Origin: Bacteroidota bacterium
Lineage (GTDB): Bacteria; Bacteroidota; Bacteroidia; Bacteroidales; VadinHA17
DNA: 48,991 nt
Reading direction: 5' to 3'
Assembly (NCBI GenBank): GCA_037446375.1
Contig: JBBIIS010000005.1
Location: 1 to 48,991, forward strand
A program made the translations under genes and the position numbers. Each line of letters starts with the position of its first letter. The first letter of the stretch is position 1. The notes below the pieces were generated by a model. It was not told where the DNA came from. It did no database searches and saw only the letters and a program-made list of their open reading frames with translations. Shown here one piece after another: positions 9,375-18,954 of the stretch.

Positions 9375-11048
9375 TTATTTGAATTCATTTTCAACGAATG
9401 AGCCCAGTTTTTTATACCTGTTATAAAGCATTTCATAACGTTCTGCATTAGCCTTATCGGGATGGTATTCCAGTTCAAATCCGCCACCCATGGCTTTCTG
9501 TGCTGCAGAGATATCCTGGTGGATCCCTGCAACAACAGAGGCTGCCATTGCAGATCCGAGAGCGCATGTTTGTTCCGACCTTGCCACCTTAATTGGCATA
9601 TTGAGAACATCGCACACAATCTGCATAACAAAGGGATTTTTCTTTGAAACTCCTCCGATTGCTATCACACCGTCAATCCTGACCCCTTCGGAAATGAAAC
9701 GCTCGTTTATCATCCTGGAACCAAATGCAGTGGCTTCGACAAGCGATTTAAATATCCTCGGAGCATCCGATCCCAGAGAAAGTCCGGTAATTGCCCCCTT
9801 CAATGCCTGGTTGGCATCGGGAGTGCGTCGTCCGTTAAGCCAGTCGAGTGCTGTAATTGCAGTCTCTTCAGTTGATAGCTTCTGAGCTTCCGCACTAAGT
9901 TCAGCAATAATTTTTTCGGATGCTTTCTTTTTAATTCTCTGTCTGTCCGTCTTATCTATCCATTTCATATCCGAAACTATCTTTTCTATGGGCCACATCA
10001 GCATCCTTCCAAACCAGGCATATACATCACCAAAGGCAGATTGCCCTGCTTCAAGTCCAAGCATACCAGGGATAATTGATCCATCTACTTGTCCGCAAAT
10101 GCCGGCAACCAGCTTCTCTCCATCCTTATGCAAGGGTGAAACAAGCATATCGCATGTCGATGTTCCCATCACCTTTACGAGGAAATACTGACTTATCTCT
10201 CCACCCACCGCGCCCAGGTGAGCGTCGAAAGCTCCCGCACCAACCTTCACATTATGAGGAATTCCAAGCTTGTCGGCCCAGTCAGCAGTTATGATCCCGG
10301 CTACGGAATCGCAGGCGTAAGTTTCTGAATAAAGTCTCCTGCGAAGGTCTCCAAGGTAAGAATCAAGCCTTCCAAGGAACTTCTCATCGGGCAGGCCATT
10401 GAAGCTTGCATGCCACATGGCCTTATGGCCTGCCGCGCATCTGCTTCTTATTATTTTCAGGGGATCAGTTACTCCGGTAAGCAGGGCAGGTATCCAGTCG
10501 CAATGCTCGACCCACGACCATGCGCTTTTTTTTACCTTTTCATTATTTCTTACAACATGAAGTATTTTCGACCAGAACCATTCGGAGGAGTAGACGCCTC
10601 CCTCAAATTTTGTATAGTCCACCCCTCCCCAGCTCTTTGCAAGCTCGTTTATCAAAGCTGCTTCAGCCACACCTGTATGATCTTTCCAGAGGACGAACAT
10701 AGCATCGGGGTCATCCTTAAAATCATTCTTAAGGGATAGAGGGGTACCTTCCCTGTCAACTGCTACTGGAGTCGAACCTGTAGTGTCTACAGTTATGCCG
10801 GCGATATTCTGAGTAATATTTTTACTCAATCCTTTCAGTGCTCCTTTCACGGAATGCTCAAGTCCCTCAACATAATCAAGAGGATGCTGTCTGAACAGGT
10901 TTTTAGCGGGATCACAATACAGACCTTTTTTCCAACGTGGATATTCAAATACGGAGCTTCCTGCAAACTCTCCGTTTGAGGCATTCACAACAACCGATCT
11001 TACCGAATCAGTGCCATAATCTATCCCGATAACATACTTGTCTGCCAT
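9375..11048 (-). CDS. araB: L-ribulokinase
   Basis: FGGY kinase N-terminus YVIGIDYGTDSVR. 557 aa, typical AraB length. Lies between araD and the arabinofuranosidases. Confidence 0.9.
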   Translation of the reverse strand: MADKYVIGIDYGTDSVRSVVVNASNGEFAGSSVFEYPRWKKGLYCDPAKNLFRQHPLDYVEGLEHSVKGALKGLSKNITQNIAGITVDTTGSTPVAVDREGTPLSLKNDFKDDPDAMFVLWKDHTGVAEAALINELAKSWGGVDYTKFEGGVYSSEWFWSKILHVVRNNEKVKKSAWSWVEHCDWIPALLTGVTDPLKIIRSRCAAGHKAMWHASFNGLPDEKFLGRLDSYLGDLRRRLYSETYACDSVAGIITADWADKLGIPHNVKVGAGAFDAHLGAVGGEISQYFLVKVMGTSTCDMLVSPLHKDGEKLVAGICGQVDGSIIPGMLGLEAGQSAFGDVYAWFGRMLMWPIEKIVSDMKWIDKTDRQRIKKKASEKIIAELSAEAQKLSTEETAITALDWLNGRRTPDANQALKGAITGLSLGSDAPRIFKSLVEATAFGSRMINERFISEGVRIDGVIAIGGVSKKNPFVMQIVCDVLNMPIKVARSEQTCALGSAMAASVVAGIHQDISAAQKAMGGGFELEYHPDKANAERYEMLYNRYKKLGSFVENEFK

Positions 11049-11085
11049 TGAATAATTGGTTAAATAGTTTTTTTAATTAATTTAT

Positions 11086-11175
11086 CTCCTTCTCAGCCTT
11101 CCCCCGGTTGGAGCGACAAGAAATTGCCCGGTGGGCAATTTCCGCGAACAATCCTGACTACCGCGGGGGCTACCC
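11086..11175 (+). repeat. Intergenic modular repeat, copy E3 (modules A + B)
   Basis: Module A (11086-11128) and module B (11134-11175) match E2 and E1 respectively. The junction is a perfect hairpin: AAATTGCCC (11121-11129), GGT loop, GGGCAATTT (11133-11141). Confidence 0.75.
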
Positions 11176-11202
11176 TGAATTAATATTTAACGCTATTGGT
11201 AT

Positions 11203-11904
11203 TTATTGCAAATTCTTCTTATCCTGTCCGTAATAAGCATTCTTCCCGTGTTTTCTGAAGTAGTGCTTATCCAGTAAAGCCTGGTCAACAGGTTCGGTCC
11301 TCCCAAGCAGGACAGTATAGAAAGCCATCCTCGCTATCTCCTCCAGAGCAACTGCGTTATATACGGCCATTTCGGGATCACTTCCCCAGGTAAATGGTCC
11401 ATGTGAGCTTACAAGCACTGAAGAGACATCCGACGGGTCAAGTGCAGAGAGTCTTTCGACAATGACCCTTCCTGTATTTATCTCATACTCTTTTATTATC
11501 TCTTTCCTGCTCAGAGCTCTTGTGCAGGGGATGACACCATGGAAATGGTCGGCATGAGTCGTACCGAAAGGTGGTATATCCTTACCTGCCTGTGCCCAGG
11601 ATGTTGCATAGGTGGAGTGTGTATGTACAACTCCTCCTATTACATTAAAGGCATTATAGAGGATCAGATGCGTTGGTGCGTCAGTTGATGGCTTGTGTTT
11701 CCCTTCAACTTTCTTTCCCTCCCAGTCAATAACTACCATATCATCGGGGGTCATTCTGTCGTATTTGATCCCTGAAGGTTTTATGACAATATAGCCCGAC
11801 TCCCCGTCCTTTCCACTGACGTTACCCCAGGTATGCACAACAAGGCCGTTTTCAACGAGGTCGATGTTTGCAAGGTAAACTCTCTCTTTAAGCTTTTCAA
11901 GCAT
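11203..11904 (-). CDS. araD: L-ribulose-5-phosphate 4-epimerase
   Basis: Class II aldolase/adducin fold motifs: HTWGNVSG, PSTDAPTH, VVHTHSTYAT. 233 aa. Confidence 0.9.
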   Translation of the reverse strand: MLEKLKERVYLANIDLVENGLVVHTWGNVSGKDGESGYIVIKPSGIKYDRMTPDDMVVIDWEGKKVEGKHKPSTDAPTHLILYNAFNVIGGVVHTHSTYATSWAQAGKDIPPFGTTHADHFHGVIPCTRALSRKEIIKEYEINTGRVIVERLSALDPSDVSSVLVSSHGPFTWGSDPEMAVYNAVALEEIARMAFYTVLLGRTEPVDQALLDKHYFRKHGKNAYYGQDKKNLQ

Positions 11905-11928
11905 ATAATTGCATTTTAGATTATGAAA

Positions 11929-12675
11929 TCAGCTTACATCCAGATTAAAATAGAATCCATTCTGTTTAAAGCTTTCATATTTTTCACTTATAAACCTGTA
12001 ATAGAAGGCTCCTTTTTTTGAAGTCAGCTTCTCTTTTTCATCAAGCTTCTGAAGAAGGTCCATTGCCAGGATCTTCTTCCTGAAATTTCTCTTGTCAATA
12101 CTCCTCTGATAGATTGCTTCATAGAGCTCCTGAAGATGGACAAGCGTGAATTTCTCAGGAAGCAGTTCAAAGCCCACAGGGTTTATTTTCAACTGGCTCC
12201 TGAGACAGCTAAGCGCTGTTGCCACCATCCGGTGATGATCAAAAATAAGCTCAGGAAGGTCTGATAATGAACGCCAGTGAGCGCCATTATTCATTTTCAG
12301 GCTGTTATCGATATCCTGCTGCTTAATAAGGGCAAAGTATGAGGTAGATATTACTCTGGCACCAGGGTCTCTGTTCAAATCGCCGAAAGTATGCGACTGC
12401 TCGAGATAGACATTTTTAATACCGGTCAGGTTATAAAGTATCCTCGAGGCTGCATCGCCGAGGCTTTCATTTTCCATCACAAAACCACCTGCAAGTGACC
12501 ATTTGCCTTTGGCTGGCTCAAAGCTCCGCTTGATAAGAAGAAGCCTTATCTGCTTTTCTAGAATATCATAGCCGAAAATAATACAGTCAACCGCTACAAG
12601 GTGCCGTGTAACAGATGGATAAATATTCATTTTATCAGGCTGTAAATCATTCCTATAAGTTTCAGTATAATCCAA
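11929..12675 (-). CDS. araR: NUDIX-domain transcriptional regulator (NrtR/AraR-type) of arabinose utilisation
   Basis: NUDIX-fold N-terminal half (VAVDCIIFGY...WSLAGGFV) plus a C-terminal winged-helix-like half. Embedded between araA and araD, as for the NUDIX-type AraR described in Bacteroides. The track start at 12675 is TTG; the first ATG is at 12630 (MNIYPSVTRHL...). Confidence 0.7.
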   Translation of the reverse strand: MDYTETYRNDLQPDKMNIYPSVTRHLVAVDCIIFGYDILEKQIRLLLIKRSFEPAKGKWSLAGGFVMENESLGDAASRILYNLTGIKNVYLEQSHTFGDLNRDPGARVISTSYFALIKQQDIDNSLKMNNGAHWRSLSDLPELIFDHHRMVATALSCLRSQLKINPVGFELLPEKFTLVHLQELYEAIYQRSIDKRNFRKKILAMDLLQKLDEKEKLTSKKGAFYYRFISEKYESFKQNGFYFNLDVS

Positions 12676-12707
12676 GATTTAATAATACCTGATGAGGCCG
12701 GAGTCTG

Positions 12708-14201
12708 TCATTTAATTCCGTCGGCCAGATGGTAATATATCTCGTTCCACCTGAGCTCATTTCTGAAGGCAGCCAGGTCAAGTCCTTCTCCAATTCTGAC
12801 ATATTCTATTCCCATCATGCCGGTAAAATCTTCTATATAGCTGGCATCAATGGCGGAGCTGAATCCGGTATGGTGAGCCCCTCCTGCAAATATCCAGGCA
12901 GCTGCGGCTGATTTTAGATCCGGCAGCGGATTCCAGAGAATGCTTGCAACAGGAAGCTTTGGCATGTCAGGGCACCTGACTACTTCAACTTCATTTACAA
13001 TCATCCTGAACCTGTTTCCCATGTCAATCAGTGAAGCATTAATTGCACGGCCTGTTGAGGACTTAAACACCAGCCTGGCCGGATCTGCCTTGCCGCCGAT
13101 CGAAAGAGGATGAACTTCGACAGCTGGTTTGCCAAGAGCGACTGACGGGCAAACTTCGAGCATGTGTGCGCCTAATACCCTCATTCCCTTTGGATCAAAA
13201 TGGTAGGTATAATCCTCCATAAAGGAGGTACCGCCTTTCAGCCCGGAAGCCATTACCTTCATTGAGCGCACAAGAGCCGCAGTTTTCCAGTCGCCTTCAG
13301 CACCAAATCCATAGCCTTTTGCCATCAGTCGCTGCACAGCAAGCCCGGGTAATTGTTTGAGGCCGTGAAGATCTTCAAATGTTGTCGTGAAGGCTTTGAA
13401 ACTGCCGGCTCTCAGGAAATTCTCAAGACCGATCTCAATTCTTGCAGCCTCTTTAAGAGTTTCAGATGATGAGACTGCCTTCGTCATCTTATATTCGTCA
13501 CCATAATCTCCAATAAGTTTCCTTACTGCAGTATCTTTAACATCATTTACGGATTTCACCAGGTCGCCGACCCCATAGCCATAGACAGAATAGCCCATCT
13601 GCATCTGGGCGCTAACCTTGTTCCCTTCAGTGACTGCCACATCGCGCATATTGTCGCCGAACCTTGCAACTTTCAGTGTCTTAGCATCTGCCAGGGCCGC
13701 TGCGGACCTTATCCAGACTGATATTCCTGCAACAGTTTCCGGATCCATGTAATGGCCAACTATTACCTTCCTGTTCAGCCTCATACGTGCAGATATGAAA
13801 CCAAACTCCCTGTCACCATGAGCCGACTGATTCAGATTCATGAAATCCATATCAATGGTATCCCACGGGATGTCCCTGTTAAGCTGCGTATGAAGGTGAA
13901 GGAATGGCCTGTTAAGGATACTCAGTCCCCTGATCCACATTTTGGCTGGAGAGAAAGTATGCATCCAGGTTATCAGGCCGATACAGTTCGGATCGCTGTT
14001 TGCCTTTGAACAGAGTTCAGATATAGAATCAGGAGTTGTAAGAACAGGCTTGAATACAACTTTCGTGACAACAGAGGGTGACCTCTCGAGAAAAGCAGCA
14101 ATTTCAGCTGAGTCCTCAGCAACCTTTTTCAGGGTATCCGGGCCATACAGATGCTGGCTTCCTGTTACAAACCAGACTTCAAGTTTTTTCAGATTTTCCA
14201 T
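12708..14201 (-). CDS. araA: L-arabinose isomerase
   Basis: 497 aa. N-terminus [13 protein letters not shown] and blocks FGAEGDWK and HMLEVCPS are typical AraA. Confidence 0.92.
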   Translation of the reverse strand: MENLKKLEVWFVTGSQHLYGPDTLKKVAEDSAEIAAFLERSPSVVTKVVFKPVLTTPDSISELCSKANSDPNCIGLITWMHTFSPAKMWIRGLSILNRPFLHLHTQLNRDIPWDTIDMDFMNLNQSAHGDREFGFISARMRLNRKVIVGHYMDPETVAGISVWIRSAAALADAKTLKVARFGDNMRDVAVTEGNKVSAQMQMGYSVYGYGVGDLVKSVNDVKDTAVRKLIGDYGDEYKMTKAVSSSETLKEAARIEIGLENFLRAGSFKAFTTTFEDLHGLKQLPGLAVQRLMAKGYGFGAEGDWKTAALVRSMKVMASGLKGGTSFMEDYTYHFDPKGMRVLGAHMLEVCPSVALGKPAVEVHPLSIGGKADPARLVFKSSTGRAINASLIDMGNRFRMIVNEVEVVRCPDMPKLPVASILWNPLPDLKSAAAAWIFAGGAHHTGFSSAIDASYIEDFTGMMGIEYVRIGEGLDLAAFRNELRWNEIYYHLADGIK

Positions 14202-14225
14202 CTTAGTTTTATATTTCCTTAGTTT

Positions 14226-15863
14226 CTACCAGAAATAAATGTAGAAGGCGACACAGATGCCAATAACAATCACGGAATTTATGACATCCCATGCTGACCA
14301 GCTTGCTCTTGATTCCGCTATCTGCTCGGGCGACCTTGAGAAATAGGTGATTCCCTTTAGCTGCAGTTCATTTGCTTTAGGTGTTACAAAGCTTAGGCCC
14401 ACCATTAATGCCATCGTGAATACAAAAAGGAATAATTCAAAATGCAGCCAGTTGATATCTGTAATTGGCTGGAAGATGGCCGGCTTGAAAATAAGCAGAA
14501 GTAATCTTAGCATCCCAAGCGTGAAACCTACTGTAAGTCCCCACTGTCCTGCTTTCGGAGTGATCCACTTATTGAAAACACCCAGGAGGAAGACAGCCGC
14601 TATAGCCGGGGCTATCAGAGATTGTACATTCTGCAGGTACTCATAAAGTACTGATCCAAGTCCTTTCATTAGAGGAATCCAGACAAGGCCCAGAACAACC
14701 ACCGATATTGTAGCTATCCTGCCGATCCATACAAGTTTGTGTTCAGTTGCCTCTGGGTGATATTTCTTGTAAAAATCAATTGTGAAAAGGGTTGCTGACG
14801 AATTGAAATGAGCTGCAAGCGATGTCATTAGTGCGGCCAGAAAGCCGACAACTATCAACCCCTTTATACCTATGGGAAGAAGATATGTGACAAGGCTTCC
14901 ATAGGCTTTATCATTGCCATCAAACATCATCATACCCTTTGCTTTCAGAACAGCTGCTATCATACCCGGGATAAGGAAAAGAAATACAGGTGATATCTTG
15001 AGATAACCGGCAAAAATCGATCCGCGGCGCGCCTGGGTAAGGTTCTTTGCAGCAAGTGCACGCTGAACAATATGCTGGTCTGTACACCAGTACCAGAAGC
15101 CTATAATGGCAGCGCCAAGGAACACCCCTATTCCCGGGAATTTAGGATCTGAGGCAGGACGCAAAAGGTGCATATTCAGAGCATTCATGTCATTGGTATA
15201 TTTGACCATTTCGTGCCATCCGCTGAAAAGGCCTCCGTTGCCTAGCTTCAAAAGCCCAAGTATAAGTATTGTCAGCGCCCCTCCAAGGAGTATAGGTGTC
15301 TGAACAACTGAAATTGTCATAATTCCTTTCATCCCGCCCAGAACCGTAAAAATTCCGGTGAGAAGTACAAGTCCCACAGCAGCGATCCAGAAAAAGTCTA
15401 TGCCTCCAATGCTCTCTATGCCAAATACGGTCTTCAGGAATATCCCACCGGTATAGGCAGTTACAGAAACTTTTGTAAAAACATATCCGACAAGTGTTAT
15501 TATTGAAAGAAGAGAGCTTGTGCTCTGATTGTATCTCATCTGCAGGAATTCAGGCATTGTAAATACCTTGCTGCGCTGATAAAAAGGTACGAAAACCCAG
15601 CCAAGAATAAGTATCATCCATCCATGTACCTCCCAGTGCGCCATTGCCATACCGCTCTGCGCACCCGATCCCGCAAGACCGACAAGGTGCTCAGAACCAA
15701 TATTTGCGGCAAATATCGCAGCGCCCACCGCAAGCCATGTTTCACTCCTTCCTGAAAGAAAGTAATCTGATGACGTATCTTCTTTATGCTTTATCACCCA
15801 AAGGACGATTCCCACAAGGACAAGAAAGAAGATGACAAGTACGATCCAGTCTAGTGTTCCCAT
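14226..15863 (-). CDS. Sodium:solute symporter (SSS/SGLT family), probable arabinose/pentose uptake
   Basis: 545 aa polytopic membrane protein. SSS N-terminal block DYFLSGRS..W.A.GA.I.A.NIGSEH.VGL.G. First gene of the ara cluster. Confidence 0.85.
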   Translation of the reverse strand: MGTLDWIVLVIFFLVLVGIVLWVIKHKEDTSSDYFLSGRSETWLAVGAAIFAANIGSEHLVGLAGSGAQSGMAMAHWEVHGWMILILGWVFVPFYQRSKVFTMPEFLQMRYNQSTSSLLSIITLVGYVFTKVSVTAYTGGIFLKTVFGIESIGGIDFFWIAAVGLVLLTGIFTVLGGMKGIMTISVVQTPILLGGALTILILGLLKLGNGGLFSGWHEMVKYTNDMNALNMHLLRPASDPKFPGIGVFLGAAIIGFWYWCTDQHIVQRALAAKNLTQARRGSIFAGYLKISPVFLFLIPGMIAAVLKAKGMMMFDGNDKAYGSLVTYLLPIGIKGLIVVGFLAALMTSLAAHFNSSATLFTIDFYKKYHPEATEHKLVWIGRIATISVVVLGLVWIPLMKGLGSVLYEYLQNVQSLIAPAIAAVFLLGVFNKWITPKAGQWGLTVGFTLGMLRLLLLIFKPAIFQPITDINWLHFELFLFVFTMALMVGLSFVTPKANELQLKGITYFSRSPEQIAESRASWSAWDVINSVIVIGICVAFYIYFW

Positions 15864-15933
15864 TAATTTGCTATTAAGTTAAGGTTAGTTGAGAATAACT
15901 GTATATCTGCAAGAATTTGTCTGAACAGGATAT

Positions 15934-15955
15934 GGTAAACAGTTAAATATTTACC
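15934..15955 (-). promoter_or_regulatory. Candidate operator: inverted repeat GGTAAA-N10-TTTACC just downstream of the putative -7 box of the ara cluster
   Basis: Plus strand reads GGTAAACAGTTAAATATTTACC. The 6-bp arms are perfectly complementary. It lies about 70-90 nt upstream of the symporter ATG (15863). Confidence 0.3.
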
Positions 15956-15964
15956 GCACCAACA

Positions 15965-15972
15965 CAAATCTA
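15965..15972 (-). promoter_or_regulatory. Candidate Bacteroidota sigma-A -7 box (TAnnTTTG) for the arabinose cluster
   Basis: RC of caaatcta is TAGATTTG, a match to TAnnTTTG, about 100 nt upstream of the first gene's ATG. Confidence 0.35.
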
Positions 15973-16091
15973 ATAAATAAATTAATTGTAATATATACAC
16001 TTATAACTTTATTTTCATTAAAATATCTTAAAATAAAACGGAAAATGTGTTTGATGCGGTAATGTCAATAAATAGCCTGGGAGAAAGAGGT

Positions 16092-16877
16092 TCAGGCAGA
16101 TTCCCAGAGCTTCAGGTTTTCAATAATAAAGTTGATAACGTTCTGGTTATCCTCCTTGCCATTACCGCTTATATTGAAAGGCTCACCGAATTTAATATGG
16201 ACCTCTTTCGTATGGTCCATCCTGCCGATCTCCTTTATCAGTTTTCCATTACCCCAGAAATCAGTCTTTATAGCAACGGGAACTACAGGAACACCGGCCT
16301 TCTTTGCAAGCTTCACTCCCATTGAATTGAATTCTGAAGGAATAAAGATTGTGCTTCTTGTGCTTTGCGGAAAAATAACGATTGAAATTCCCTGGGAAAG
16401 AAGATCATATCCTTCGTTCATTACGGTCTCAAAATCTTTCCTTGGATCTGTCCTTCCAACTACAATAGGATTTCTGGATTTCATTACGTCGCCAAAAAGG
16501 GGATGACGGACGAGGCTCTTCTTTACAACAAAGGTCACCTTCCTGTGCGGCTGAATAAGGCATGGAAATATCATTGTTTCAAGTGTACTGATATGGTTAC
16601 TGAGGAAGACCACTGGGCCATTTACCCTGACAATGTTATCCATTCCTTCAATATTGAACTTCCCTCCGATCTTTTCAAGAACCCTTAATATCTCAAATGA
16701 TGAATCGGTCCACTCCTTATCTCCGTATTTACCTCTCTTCGCTTCCTTCCTTGTCCTGAAAACTATCCGCCCATAGCCAAAAACAAAATGCAGCCAGCTG
16801 TCGCGACGAAGCCAGTTGAAGAATCCATTTTTTCTCCCTGGTGACTTATATTCGTATGAATCAAAATAACCAAACAT
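16092..16877 (-). CDS. Lysophospholipid (1-acyl-sn-glycerol-3-phosphate) acyltransferase family protein
   Basis: Acyltransferase block I variant NHISTLE (HX4D/E) and block III-like FPQSTR. 261 aa. Confidence 0.7.
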   Translation of the reverse strand: MFGYFDSYEYKSPGRKNGFFNWLRRDSWLHFVFGYGRIVFRTRKEAKRGKYGDKEWTDSSFEILRVLEKIGGKFNIEGMDNIVRVNGPVVFLSNHISTLETMIFPCLIQPHRKVTFVVKKSLVRHPLFGDVMKSRNPIVVGRTDPRKDFETVMNEGYDLLSQGISIVIFPQSTRSTIFIPSEFNSMGVKLAKKAGVPVVPVAIKTDFWGNGKLIKEIGRMDHTKEVHIKFGEPFNISGNGKEDNQNVINFIIENLKLWESA

Positions 16878-16979
16878 AGATAGGTTTCGGATTTGAGATT
16901 TCGGATACCAAAAAGATAATTCTGTTGTAATCTTCGCGTTCGCGCCTTTACGCCTTTAAGCCATATTTTACTTTTGTCT

Positions 16980-17540
16980 TCATTCCTGATTTCCCATCAG
17001 AATATCTTTTTTCTCCTTATAAAGCCTCATGCTTTCAACAACAATTTCATAGGCCTCTTCCCTCTGGACAAACTGTTCGACGGTGACGTTCTTGTGTTCT
17101 TCTTTCTTATAATCCTCAAAAAATCTTCGCAGTTCCACAAGTGTATGAGGAGGCAGTTCGCTCAGCTCATTTATATGGCTGACAGACATATCGTTCTTTG
17201 CAACGGCAATTATCTTGGCATCCTTTTCCTGTTCATCGATCATCTCCATGGCCCCTATCACCCTTGCTTCGACTATTGTCATCGGGTAGACATCAATTGA
17301 ACAAATCACCAGTATATCAAGAGGGTCATGATCGTCGCAGTATGTCTGGGGAATAAATCCGTAATTTGCCGGATAATGCACAGATGAGAAAAGCACCCTG
17401 TCAAGCTTTAGCAGCCCGGATGCCTTATCCATTTCGTACTTGCCTTTTGACCATTTCGGTATCTCAATTATTGCTTTAACAATTACCGGGGCTTCCTCTC
17501 CGGTGGGTATTGAATGCCAGGGATGTGCGCCGCTCTTCAT
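16980..17540 (-). CDS. ppa: Inorganic pyrophosphatase (family I)
   Basis: IEIPKWSKGKYE, YPANYGFIPQT and DGDPLD-like DHDPLDILV motifs. 186 aa. Confidence 0.9.
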   Translation of the reverse strand: MKSGAHPWHSIPTGEEAPVIVKAIIEIPKWSKGKYEMDKASGLLKLDRVLFSSVHYPANYGFIPQTYCDDHDPLDILVICSIDVYPMTIVEARVIGAMEMIDEQEKDAKIIAVAKNDMSVSHINELSELPPHTLVELRRFFEDYKKEEHKNVTVEQFVQREEAYEIVVESMRLYKEKKDILMGNQE

Positions 17541-17616
17541 ACTTCAGGTTTTAATTAATAACTAAAACAGAAAATGCTCATTTTTCAGACAGTTTGCCTG
17601 CCGGACATCTGATAAA

Positions 17617-17624
17617 CAAAGTTA
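17617..17624 (-). promoter_or_regulatory. Candidate -7 box (TAACTTTG) upstream of ppa
   Basis: RC of caaagtta is TAACTTTG, a match to TAnnTTTG, about 75 nt upstream of the ppa ATG. Confidence 0.3.
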
Positions 17625-17692
17625 TTAAATATATATAAGAAAAGTCAAAACAGTAATATATGCAATGGTTTCGGAAATTGATGCCGTAGTTT

Positions 17693-18946
17693 TTATTTAT
17701 TTATAACGGGCATGATCAAAAGTGCTGCTGACAGACCCACAAGAACAACAACTGCGATCCAGCTTATAATATTATTTGTCGGCTTGTTTACATGTTCTCC
17801 CATGATTTTCTTATTGTTAATTATAAGGATCATGCTTACGAGTACAACAGGAAGAAGTATTCCGTTGAGTACCTGTGACCAGAGCGATATTTTTATAAGG
17901 GGTGCATTGGGGAAAAGGATGATTATCGCCGATATAACTATAATTGCAGTATAAAGAATGTAGAATTCCCTTGCTTCATCCCATTTTTTATCAATGCCAG
18001 CTTCAAAGCCAAATGCTTCGCAAACATAGAATGCGGTCGCAAGGGGAAGTATAGTTGCAGAAAACACAGATGCAATGAACAGGCCGAAAGCATAAACCTG
18101 CGACGCAAGCTGACCGGCCAGAGGCTTAAGAGCCAGTGCAGCATCTTTGGCTTCATTTATCTGCACTCCGTTTTCATGAAGTGTGGAAGCACATGCCACG
18201 ATAATGAAAAATGCGACAACTACTGTAGCAACACTGCCTATAACAATATCAGCAACTGTATACTTGTAATTCTTCATCTTCAGACCCTTCTCAATAACAG
18301 AGGACTGCATATAGAACTGCATCCAGGGTGCAATGGTAGTTCCTACCAGACCAATGACCATGGCAAGGCTCTGTGTATTCATTTCCATCTTTGGATGAAT
18401 AATAGACATTCCGATCTCTCCCCAATGAGGCTTTCCCATTAAGGCAGAAATGATATATGAAAGCAGTGATACACTGAAAATCAGAAAGATCCTTTCTGCA
18501 ATTTTATAGGTCCCTTTGACTACAAGTATCCAAACCATAAAACTGGCGATCGGTACGGCTATATATTTACTTATTCCAAAAACCTCCATACTTCCGGCAA
18601 CGCCTGCAAACTCGGTTGTCGTATTTCCGATATCTGCAAGCAGAAGTCCAATGAAAATAAAAAAAGTCACTTTTACCCCGGCGTTCTCCCGTATCAGGTC
18701 AGCAAGCCCTTTACCGGTCACTATACCCATACGTGCATTCATCTCCTGAATCACTATCAGAACTATAAATGCCGGGATAAGTGTCCATAGAAGTCCGTAG
18801 CCATATATTGCACCGGCTACAGAATAAGTCGTAATACCTCCGGCGTCATTATCAACGCTTCCGGTAATTATCCCAGGACCAAGGATAGCAAAGAATATTG
18901 CCAGTTGCCTGAAGAATTTTTTAGCTACAAATTTATCTTTGAACAT
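17693..18946 (-). CDS. NRAMP(SLC11)-related divalent cation transporter with a non-canonical metal-binding site (NRMT-like, possible Mg2+ transporter)
   Basis: TM1 block LGPGIITGSVDNDAGGITTYS has D-A-G-G (18836-18847) where NRAMPs have D-P-G-N. TM6 block GTTIAPWMQFY has A-P-W where NRAMPs have M-P-H. Overall topology is NRAMP-like (417 aa). Confidence 0.8.
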   Translation of the reverse strand: MFKDKFVAKKFFRQLAIFFAILGPGIITGSVDNDAGGITTYSVAGAIYGYGLLWTLIPAFIVLIVIQEMNARMGIVTGKGLADLIRENAGVKVTFFIFIGLLLADIGNTTTEFAGVAGSMEVFGISKYIAVPIASFMVWILVVKGTYKIAERIFLIFSVSLLSYIISALMGKPHWGEIGMSIIHPKMEMNTQSLAMVIGLVGTTIAPWMQFYMQSSVIEKGLKMKNYKYTVADIVIGSVATVVVAFFIIVACASTLHENGVQINEAKDAALALKPLAGQLASQVYAFGLFIASVFSATILPLATAFYVCEAFGFEAGIDKKWDEAREFYILYTAIIVISAIIILFPNAPLIKISLWSQVLNGILLPVVLVSMILIINNKKIMGEHVNKPTNNIISWIAVVVLVGLSAALLIMPVINK

Positions 18947-18954
18947 AATTTATC

